In this document: in pieces, positions 26,063 to 37,300 of the stretch
Layout: each line of letters starts with the position of its first letter
How positions within the stretch are numbered: position 1 is the stretch's first letter
Assembly: GCA_973895155.1 (NCBI GenBank)
Contig: OZ316895.1
Coordinates: 556,435 to 620,434, forward strand
From: Marsupella aquatica
Lineage: Eukaryota > Plantae > Marchantiophyta
Direction: 5' to 3'
Length of the DNA stretch: 64,000 bases
Position numbers and translations under genes: made by a program
The notes under the pieces: model-generated
Database searches by the model: none
What the model saw: the letters and a program-made list of their open reading frames with translations, nothing else
Told to the model about the DNA's origin: nothing

Positions 26063-28439
26063 GTTTTCAAATTGAGATGTAGCCTGTGAATCCAATCTAT
26101 CGTATTCCACTAAATTCTTAAAGCTCTTCTCACAGTTGCTGAAATCGATGCCTACCTATCTACCCGAGGTAGTCACAATCCTCCCGTTACATTTGGGAAT
26201 TTCACTCCGACGACAGCAAGAACCTCGAGCTGGGCATTACATATTTTCAGCTCAATGGTCTTCAGGTATCGCCTGTCAGTGCTTCCAAAAGACTAAATGC
26301 TTACTATATGCTGCACTTTCCGGATGCGATTCATTCTCTCCAGACGATGGCACTCTACTCACCTGTTCACCAAATTTAAGAGGGAGCCGTACTCATGAGA
26401 CCGCATGGTTAACCTGAGGTGGAGTAAAGTAATGAGATCTAATAACCTGTAGCATGACGAGGGAGACGGGTAGCTATGCTTTTGGCCTTCATAATCATCA
26501 TACCCTGCCCGACTAGATGTCGAGCAGCCTTATTAGTCGGTCTTCAGACATTGCAATCCGTGGGCTGCGCACTCAATTGCCGCGTTAATTATTTACTCGG
26601 TGTTCACAGATCATAGCTATAGTTGAGCTGCCCACGCAATTGCCCGTCGGTGTTGATTTGTGCGACAGATGGACGACGAGTGTGGGACTTCACAAGAACG
26701 AGACCGCCTCCCTCCTGCATCTCCAACCAGGACTTTGGACTTTAATTACGGAACGGGACCAGCCGCCTCGTGCATCTCCAGAACTTCATCTCCAGAACTT
26801 TTGCACATCTCTAGAACTTGATGACCAGTCGATGCACTGCAAAAGATCGATACAAGACTCAGGCCTATCAGCCTATGTTACGGTGGACTGCATCAGAAAT
26901 TCATCAAATGCAACTCCATAGCATTCGTCGTCGAGTCCACCTTTGTTACACAGGGAGCCACCCATTTTCTCATGCGGCCAAGATGTTAATTTTGATGAAC
27001 CCCGATATTTCACTAAATGATGAAATGAGTTATTCTTTCCATTGTCAAATCAATTGAACCCCACCATAAGTGTATGCTTTCTTAATCTTCTTACTCTGAC
27101 CCTTCTATAACCCTTTTCGAATTTGAATCTGTACATTCTATGAAAATATGACTGTTTAGGATAACTTTTAACACCCTACAATCTATGAAAATGAGTACTG
27201 AGGGCCCAGCTAGAGCCCTTGACCTCACAGTCCCAACCAAAGTCTACCGCTAGTGCACTATACAGTTTATTATGCTCTGTTTTTAAGTCCCTAATAGCAT
27301 ATGTCTGATTGACCGACTATTCTCTAGCAAAGGAACCTAAGGCATGGAAGTTACTATCTTGGGAGGTAGGTCTGAAGTCAAACCCCATAGCTTAGAGATG
27401 AGCACAGAGTTGGCCTGACCAGAATGGAAGCTCAATGGAAGTTGGGATCTCATGTATGGCCTACTGAAGTCGAGAGTCCTTTGGGCAAAAGCATAATTAT
27501 ACTTCTACACTCACTTAAACTCTGTTGACTTATTTGAAGAAGCTACCTAAATTAGACTTGGTTTTAACTTCTCTAGGTACCTAAAGAAAAGCATGGTGTA
27601 GATTATAGTTTGGGAAAAAGTGAATTTGAGTAGCGGGTTGCCAGTGTTGGATATGTCAAGAAAGGCCCACTACTTTCAGTAAGTATCTTGAACTTACCTA
27701 AAACAAAATTCATTTAGTTATCCAGTAAAATATTCAGGTTTATCAGACATTAACATTCTGAAGGTTTTATGGTGCCCCAAGTCAAGCAGAGGTGTCCTGT
27801 GTAGAGGAGGCAATCTGACAACATATGCTGACTTTGATGAATTTCTGACAGCCCACCTTCCAAAGGGCCTGGTCAAGTCCTAAACTATTTTGGAGTCCAT
27901 CAAGTCCTGAAGATGTACTATCTGCCCTATTAAGTCCTTTGATCTGTTCCATCAAAAGGGACTGGACCTCTATCCAATGACAGACGAATCCAAGAATCAG
28001 TATGGTTAGTTCTTTTGCAATTGCTGGGACTTCAGGCTTTTGGGGGTCTTCTTGGGGATTTCTATTGTTTCAATTATTGGGTCTCCTTCCTGTAGTATCC
28101 AGTCTCCCAGTTCGTCCCTGTTTGTTCGCTAAAAGTGTAAATAAGATCCAATAGAAAACTGTAAAAAGTTATACCAAGAAAATAAACTTTGCGCCTTGTG
28201 TCCAATTGCATTTGTACTTCCTGAAATAATTACCATTGATATTGTCATACTGTCTCTGTGTGTGTGGGGAGGGGGGTGTTGTGTTGCACTCGTACTAACA
28301 ATCTTTTCTTCACATAACACATAATAAACTGCGAGTGAAAATAATGCGGCCACAAAATAAGATAGTCATCTTTGGAAATTTGTAGGGCTTTCAAAATTTG
28401 ACTATATGAAAGATCTTTCTAAGAAGATTCTAATGAAGT

Positions 28440-28530
28440 AAAAAAAACAAACAAACAAACAAACAAACAAGGAAAGAAAAAAAGAAAAAAAAGGAAAAAC
28501 AAAACAAAAAACAAAAAAAAACCAAAAAAA
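28440..28530. repeat. A-rich low-complexity / (AAAC)n microsatellite
   Basis: Direct reading of the sequence. Confidence 0.8.
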
Positions 28531-28951
28531 TGAAGTCAAAAACATCAAATTACATTGAATATTGAGGGACATACTGAATGTCAAAGTTAGGTGCTCTGAA
28601 AGGCAAAGTGTGGACTGCGAGTGACCTCATAGCCCGTCTGATAGTAATGTTTAGAAGCTTATAGACCCCTCTCAATTCTACATGAAATATTAGACTGGTC
28701 CATCTTTCCAAGCTCCTTCTAACTACCGGTAGCCCAAGATGAGACTCTTCCATTGCATGTCTAGGGAGATGGTCAAACCTTGCTACTGAAAACATTCTGG
28801 AAACAAGCTAGAAGAATATAATTAATGATTCAAATTGTAAACGGAGTACAGTCCATGGGTGTTGCATGGTTCATGGGCAGGTCCATGTGATGCAATTTCA
28901 AGGTGGTTTTCGTAGGCTTAGCTGTGATGGTCACATAGACTTCCTGGAGGA

Positions 28952-29250
28952 CCCGGTTTGAACTCACAGGCAAGTTTACATGTTGCCCTACACATATACC
29001 TGTCACATTATGGCTCCAAAAGGGGCCAAATGATGCATATTCTTCTTTATTCCCCGGCCAGTCCCAAATTTTCCCGAACCCTTTCCTGGCCCAATCCTGG
29101 ACTCCCCTAGTTTGGGGTCGGGGACGGGGCTGGGAATTTAGAATTTGGCTTAGGGTCGGGTCGGGGCGGGGCAGGGTTGGGGCGGGGTTGGGACCACCAG
29201 GGTGTCTGGAGTGACAGGTGACTGGATCAGGGGTCTGAAGCCAAACCGAG
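28952..29250. mobile_element. hAT-like MITE (299 bp, G-rich core)
   Basis: Termini CCCGGTTTG...CAAACCGAG; perfect 8-bp TSD CTGGAGGA (28944-28951 and 29251-29258); empty paralogous site near 16245. Confidence 0.88.
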
Positions 29251-29275
29251 CTGGAGGACTTGAATCCCTCCCAAA

Positions 29276-29786
29276 CCAGGTTTTCACTGTCGGACATGGT
29301 GTCTACTTGTCGGACACTACATATGACAACTTGTCGGCTCAAAAATGGGTAATTTGTCGGATATTCCTCTATATTCCCCGGTTGGGACCGACCCCCCGAC
29401 CCCCTGACCTGACCCCCGACCCAACCCGACCAACACCCCGATCCCCCCGACCGACCCCCCCGGCCCTACCTCTGACCCCCCCCCCCCCCCGACCGACCTG
29501 ACCCCCCGACCAACCCAACCTCCCTACCCCCGACCCCCTGACCCAACCTCCCAACCCAACCCGACCAACACCCCGACCCCCCCGACTTGACCCGACCCCC
29601 CGATCAGACCCGACCCCCCAACCGCACAACCCGACTCTGACCCGACTGAGTCCCCCCGACCCTACCCCCCGGGCCGACCCGACCCTCACCCGACCTGACC
29701 CCCTTACCCTGCCGGGATCGATCAGGGTGACATCTGTCAGATGTCGGACCCCAATGCTCCTATTTGTCGGACAAGTTCAAACCGGA
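29276..29786. mobile_element. hAT-like MITE (511 bp, CCGAC-repeat core)
   Basis: Termini CCAGGTTT...AAACCGGA; perfect 8-bp TSD CTCCCAAA (29268-29275 and 29787-29794); empty paralogous site near 16265. Confidence 0.88.
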
Positions 29787-30253
29787 CTCCCAAAAGCTAT
29801 ATGACCAACCGTATTTTCAGATGTCCCTTCCGGTGCTTCTGGAGAATGGGCTTTTGTTGACGAGATCTTGGTCGCTACCTACCTTTGATAAACCCTAAAC
29901 CCACCGAACTTGCGTGCTCAGCCTCGATTTCTCCGCAAACTTACTCCGGACCTTCCTACCCACTTTTCCAGTCGACCTGATTTATGAGTCCGTTGGGACA
30001 TTGGCAACGCTTGTTCCTGCTAGCTGCAGACCAAGGTGCCCTGTTGTTGATGAAACACACCTGTAAAGAATGGAACTAGAGCTACCATGTGAGAATTCAA
30101 GGCGCACCATTTTTTGTTCGGCTCTTAATTATTAAGAGTTTCCATCAGGACCAGTCTGTGATTAGCACAATTGTCCAGCTGTTCAATTGCACCATCGATC
30201 GATCGATCGATACTGGAGACTAACCTCAATTGAAACCAAATGGACTTTGTTTG

Positions 30254-32302
30254 AACAAAATCCAGATTGAACTGAGATTCAACCTCGCGTTTTCCATGAC
30301 TTTGGGCGGTACGTTGTTTGCGCCTGCTCTTCGTTTAGGGTCTGGTGGAGTTGTGGTATTCAAAATCGTATATAATTGTACCAAGTTGAGTCGGGGGAAA
30401 ACCAAACACGGTCGTATGAATCATCCGGGTACCTGATCGCATGACATCAAGAACCTTGAGCAAATTGAAGATCTCAGATTGGTTTGAAACCTATTCCAGC
30501 AGACTCATGCGCGCGCGCGAGTACGTCGTGGTGAGCTGAATTCCTTTCCTCTGTGTCCATCATTGTGCTATATATCGAACGGTGTCGTGCTTGCTTAGTG
30601 TAACCTAAAATTTACGACCTTCATTGGCTTCCTGGAAATTGTACAGTCACCTAGTTCACAAACAACTGGAAGCACTTTGCAAAGGACCTCATTGGGGAGA
30701 CGCCCAATGGGTCTATACATTCAGGAAATGTCAGAATATTATAATCAATTATGCGAAACTATTGAGCTCATTTAGAGTAAGTACCGGCTGTGCCATAGAT
30801 CATGGAGCATGGATCAAAATCTATGTCAATGATTTGACTGAGAAGAATAGATTAGCACGAATCTCGGCGATCATGTAATCAAGAATGACACCAGGTGACC
30901 TGAGATGGAACCCCGGCCTAGACCTAACTGAGCTGAATCGAAGAAACAAAAGGGTAATGGCCTGAATTTGATGCTTACATTATTTAGATATGGAGCACTT
31001 GTCGCGGGATCAGCACCAATGTTATATCTGAGCAAGCTAGCAAGATACTGCCTGTCAATACCTTAGTAAGAGTACATAGAAGGGTCAAGTTCTCGCAGCT
31101 TAGTACGTGATGAACGGTGTTCCAATAACTGGTTGTAGGCAGATATACGACGCTCCCCGGAGAGTAGAAGCTAGATGTCTTCATACCCTGACACATTGGC
31201 CCACTGATAGTCCGAGTATGTCACAGAAAATACATTTGTAGCGTTGATGTAGACAACAAACTTGATGGGTAGAACCAGCTCGGACTGCAACTCGAACACT
31301 GCGCAAACGAAATACGTGGTGTTCCTCTTCGTGGGCAGTTCATAACAATATTTATTACGGCGCTCGGGGAAGAATCTGAAAGGTGACGGAATAGTGCTGG
31401 AAATGTCCGTACTGCTGTTCCCTGTCGAAATGAAGGTACTGTTGATATCCGAGGCAAAGTACAATCCGGTACTAGGCTCCAGGAAGCCAGATTGGCCACA
31501 GACTATATTCAGAAAACCGGCACGAACAATCAATGAAAGTAAGCGGGGAAACCCCCAAAAGATCAATTTCATTTGGCGCCTGGTTTGGGGACGTTGCAAT
31601 GCCGAAATGGACACTTAGAACACTCTGGCAAAGTGAGCACTGCGTACTGATGCATTGACCGTAGCGACTATTCGTACCTATTGACCGTACTATCCATTCG
31701 AATCGCTAGTGAAGATCTGTTGTCACCACCTAACAGGCACATAATAGTGGAACGTCGTCCTCTTGTTTTTTGCCCTTTCCCAAGCTAGAACTATACAAAT
31801 TAAGATGATTTGCCAGTGTCATTTCGATCTCTTGTAAATGGCGAGGACTGCCATGCATGGGGAGTTGAATACAGTGACGACAACTGAACCATTTCCGATT
31901 ACAACTGAAATGCGTCGATTCTATACAAGACTAGAGCGTCATCGGCGGAGATCTCTATCACCAATATTAATTCAATTCGATCGGAGTTGCGAAATCTATT
32001 CTACAATCATTATCTGTCCCACCATTTGTTTCCCAACTCAAAGCGTTTTCTACGTACGTCTCTATCCGACAATCGTAACCGTCCTGTTACGAAATCTTTC
32101 CTACAGTAACGAAGTCAACACCAATTCGTCGGGCATAACTTGAAATGCTGATTGAATGTTGAAAACTAAAGACAACCCTGGCTGCCCATAAGACGTCGTC
32201 ACCAGATTCATCCAAATTGTAAGGATGGGAATAGAGCGATCTTCGGAATTAAAGCCTTGCATTCCGTATGCATGCATAGAGCAATTCCAACGATCCAGCC
32301 AT
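30254..32302 (-). pseudogene. truncated RLK copy (exons 1-2 and part of exon 3) fused to the 3' flank
   Basis: Exon 1 has deletions and has lost its donor; exon 2 (about 31515-30980) has a frameshift/stop near 31171-31190; exon 3 breaks near 30254 and joins sequence homologous to 16220-16705. Confidence 0.88.
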
Positions 32303-34362
32303 TTTTTCCAATTGAGATGTAGCCTATGAATCCAATCTATCGTACTTTACCAAATTCGTAAAGCTCTTATCACAGTTGCTGAAATCGATGCCGACCAATC
32401 TACCTGAGGAGCTGAGAATCCTCCCGTTACATTTGAGAATTTCACTTCTCCGACAGGAGTAATCTCGACCTCTGCATTGCATATTTTCAGCTCAATGCCA
32501 TGTATCGCCTATCCGTGCTTCCAGAAGACTCAATGCTTACTATGTCGCACTTTCCGGATTCGTATCAGTGTCCCGATCAGTCTCTCCAGACGATGGCACG
32601 CTACTCAACTTTGTTCACCGAATTTCAAGTTGGGAACAGTACCCATAAGATCCCAGGGTCATCCTCAGGAGTACTTAAAGTAATAAGCTAAATCTATCTA
32701 ATGAATGTAGTATGACCAGGCACACGGGTAACTATGTTTTTTGCACCGACCATTATCGATCATCCCCCTACCCAATTAGATGTCGTGCAGCGTTGCTCGG
32801 TTCGTAGATATATAGCTATACTTCGGCTGCCCAGCCAGTTGCCTATGTTGGGTAGTCTTTCATTCCAGGACAGTGAGTCTTTCCGCGTAGTAACGGCATT
32901 GTTGTTATCCCTGCCTCAAAAATTCCGAAATTTTCCTTAAGTATTACACTTCGAGCCTCAGTCTCCTAACGCTGCACCAATGCGATGATTCTTGTCAAGT
33001 TGCCAATTCAAGTATCTGTCGATCGAAAGCTACGTGGAACGCATGGCTGTAATTGGTGGCAGGAGTGCGAGTCCGGTGATATGCATGAGGTGGCCACGAT
33101 TGATTGTTCCTGAAGAGCTTTGGGCAAAAGAGTTCCCAGGTCTGTATGGGAGGACCAAGCTTCCCGCCATGGGAAAACTTACTTCGTTGCGGACCTTAAG
33201 GTGCGGTGAGAAGGTGCGGACGATGTTGCTGGGAAGCTATAATTGGAGACTGACGTCGATTGTCAATAATTTTCTCATGGCTGAATTCAACAAGCGGTCA
33301 CAAGTCCCACACAATGTAAGTTTAATATACCTCCGGAAAACCTGGTCAAAGTTGTGGAGAAAAATAAGATCTTTCGAGGCCTTTCTGGAGCAGACCGTCT
33401 GAAACGTAGATTTAGTACATATCTCAAAAATCCACACTGCGGCAAGTGAGACTTGGAGTTCAAGTTTCACCTAGCTTTTGCGCAATACAAAAGTGAGGTT
33501 CACCAATTGAAGCCCTTAGCACACAAAAGGCTCGACTTTTTAAAAAAGACTAGCGGTCCTTCTCTTGTCATCTAAATGGAAACACAGGGCAGCATCAGAG
33601 CGAGTGAGATTGAGCTAAATGAGTAGCACCTAAGAGTCAGACCCAAGGGAGTGTACTAAATGAGTTTTCCAAGGAACCATTAGACCCAAGGGATTGTATT
33701 AAGTGAGTTTCCCAAGGAACCTTTCACCTGAATCACAAGATTTCCCTCAAGACTCCCATGGACTCAGCATTTTTTACTAAGGTCAAATGCTACTGAGTAA
33801 CAAATTTAGAGTTACTGTTTTCAGAACTATCTATAGAAGTTGTAGGGGTCCTTCTGAGCAGACACTTATTTCAAGTTCTCATATTTTTGTTTACTATGTC
33901 TGGTTTTTATTGTCATTACCGAAGGCAAGTGAGGATCTTATGATTGTATCTTGTGCACAACTTTTGATTGATTTGAGTGCAAGTGAGACCATTGAGCTGA
34001 AAACTAATATACAATGCACAGGTCACCCTGGACACCAGAAGTCTGAAGGTACGAGATCTGGAATGTGACGGATATCTTATCATTACTTACTACTGGCCTG
34101 ATTACCCGGCATTCATTAAACGTAAACATAGTTAACATAAGAAAACTCTTGCAAAAGTACATAATTATGCTGTTTCCCCTTCACACATAAATCCTGTGTG
34201 CAGTGGGTATACATCTGCATTCTAATATTTTTGCTATCATGACTGTGCATCGTCAACAATGCCAAGCTAGCACCCAACTAAGGACCTCATTTGAAGATCG
34301 AATAGCTTTAGGACGTTGTGTGCCACTGGTGCTGCTAGAGGAAGATTCAACAATCACCTAAG

Positions 34363-37300
34363 TCATGCAAGAGAAACCAGTAGATTTGTTTCAACAACTG
34401 TTTGGAAAGAAGAGTAGGCCATTTGGTCGTCAGTGGTTCTGAAGAGGTGCTTAAACTGAGACGGAGTATCCTCAGATTCTTCCAGAGTGACTTCCACATC
34501 TATATTTCCCATGAGCATGAAGACTACTTGAGACATTGAAGGGCGCCTGTCTGGATCATTTTGCACGCATAGAAGACCAACATTGAGTGCCCGAAGGACT
34601 TCAGTTACAACACATTTATCTCTCGATGCAGGTTCCAAGACATCCAAGAGCAACCCTTTTCTGTGCATTTTATGAACCTGGAGAGTAAACAAAGATCAGT
34701 GCAGACAATAGTGAATGTCAGCAAGGCTTTTGCTGGAAATCAAGTGGAAAAACGTGTTGGACTAGGTAACAAACTATGCAACATCAGAAGAAATAAGCAG
34801 ATAACAAGTCAAAAACATAACTGATCCTCAGCTGGTCCCCAAGGCTATATTACAGTAGCAATTCAACGAATTACACCTATCATCAGAAGGTGCTATCCTC
34901 AGTTCTTATGAATTGCACCTACCATTAGAAGGCACCAACCTCAAGTCTTACGAATTGCACCCTAAAGTAAATATCTCACTTTTAGTGTATACATTTTTCT
35001 AATGTTTTAACACAAAAACTTGGCAATTGACCAGAAGTTCTGCAAGATCATATTACCCAGTCCTTAAGAAACACTGCGTCTGGGAGTGTGTAGTCAATAC
35101 ACTTTCTTCCGCAAATAATTTCTAGAACCACAATCCCATAGCTGTAGACATCAGCTTTGTCTGAAAGTTGGCCTTGCATAGCATACTCTGGAGAAAAGTA
35201 GCCTCTGCAACAAATACAGCCGATCCACTACACAAGTCAGAGTAACATCTTACAACAAGTAGAATAATCCTCAGACAACATGTTTATGACTGAAAGATCG
35301 ATCCGTCAAAAAATATTGGCAAGAATAGAACATAGTCACGTTTGACTACAATCAGTACGAAACAAATAGTGGAGCTCAAACTTACAATGTTCCAGCAACT
35401 TTTGTGTATAAGGATTCCCTTAATTCCTCGGATAAATGCCTTGCTAGACCAAAGTCAGCTATTTTAGGTTTGAAGTTCTTATCCAGAAGAATGTTCTCTG
35501 GTTTTATGTCCCTGTGTACGATAGATGGCTGCAACTCTTCATGGAGGTAGGAAAGTCCACGAGCAACTCCTACGCAAATCTGAAAACGGTGTGCCCAATC
35601 TAAACCCCCATGGGGCTTAGATCCTGCATGCACATGTCATATGACATGTTAATAGTGAACAAAACAGTCATCGTTACGTACTTGTGACTATCAAGAATCA
35701 TAAAGACCAAATCTGTAATTAGTTTGAATTCAAACAAGGGATATTCATTCCCTGTACAAAAGTTATTCAGGATACATGAACAATTTATTCATTCAATTCA
35801 TTCACTAAACCGCAATTGCTCGTATATAAGGTGGAAGTGTTTATTCAAGTCAAACTTCTCTCTCTTTCTATATTCCATTCACTTCTTTCATTTAAAGTGC
35901 CAGTCTGCTCCACAATTTTGGGGAAATTTTACTTTCACTAGTGAAATTGGGATACTGTGGGTGAAAGCAGCTCTTGAAAGTGCAGCTCTTATTAAATTGT
36001 ACAATGCAATTTCGCTGTAATTGTTCACTGTGCAAACACGTTTTACCCAATCATAGTACAACCTACAAAATGAGGGTACAAACTAGCGGTAGGGACAGTC
36101 ATATTTACCCCACAATGCTTGAGCCAAGTTCCCTTTCTCAACGTATTCAAACACAAGCATGCGTTGTTGCTCCCTGATGCAGCACCCTTTTAGATGAACC
36201 AAGTTTCTATGCTTGATGCCTGTAATCAGCACAACCTCGTTCAAGAACTCATTCAAGACTTGTACTTTTTGAGAATTGAACAACGTCTTCACTGCAAGAC
36301 CGGTCTTGTCTGGTAGAACCGCCTGCTCGATATGCACAAGTTCATTAGGTCAACTCAATATATAGAAGCATCTAATGATTAAATTTATTTAAACACTATA
36401 TGTCCAATCGCGTCTTTTTCCCTCTATCATCCATTTACAAAATGCACTTTTGGCGTGGGCTGATTGTAACTGTTGAATTTAAATCATAAAGTTTCCTACC
36501 TAGGAATGGGGTGGAAACAAGAATAAAGGGGAAATTCTAGCTTGGGACATAGAACCCCCTGCGCCCACGCCTAGACTCACGCATTGACATCCATTATATA
36601 AATGCATGCTTGCCCCCATTCACATAAACAGAAATGATAGAATTAAAGAGAACAATACACATCAGAGTTTGACTTGAAAAAAGATGATTTATGCAAGAGT
36701 CTACTGGTCAAGAAGAGAGTTGCACCCTTTTGATTTGCTTCTGTTTGGTTTGTGTGCCAGCTTTAAAGAGACTTAATCCCAGATCATATGTAATAGTGGC
36801 CCCATAAACAAAAGTGCAAAAAATATATTGAAGGGAGAATATATTTTCCTTATTTTTTCTGTCCTCTCTGTGAAGTTATTTTTCAAGTTATAGTAACCCT
36901 AAATGCTAAAACAAATTGTAACGACATCATTGACCAATGACACAATGACCATATGAATAAAACTGCCACAACAATGAAATGAGTGCTATGATAAACTGAT
37001 TGAAATGGTGAAGTGGCTGTAGGAACAATTGTGCAAAGCAGGGTTCGTTTTAATAGGAAAAAGAAGCAAGCCATTTCATTTGTACTTGGTGGCTATCTCA
37101 ATGTCAACTAATAACTAAGTACTAGATATTTTGTACTCAGTTGGCTCTTGAAGCCTTAAAGTTTCCCCAAACGAAATTGCCACTATTTAAGTTGAGTCAT
37201 GCATGCAAATTGGTGCTCGCGTTCCCAAAGAAAACGTACGAGGAAAGTGAGAACTTAAAACCACTATGTCAATACTTCACTAGGGAGCAAGGTATAGCTG

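Noticed and set aside
28830-29689. Pro/Gly-rich ORFs
   Set aside because: Artefacts of GC-rich MITE cores; they cross element boundaries.
32992-33402. 136-aa ORF on +
   Set aside because: The frame is not preserved in the paralogous blocks at 45.0 and 59.0 kb; no recognisable domain.
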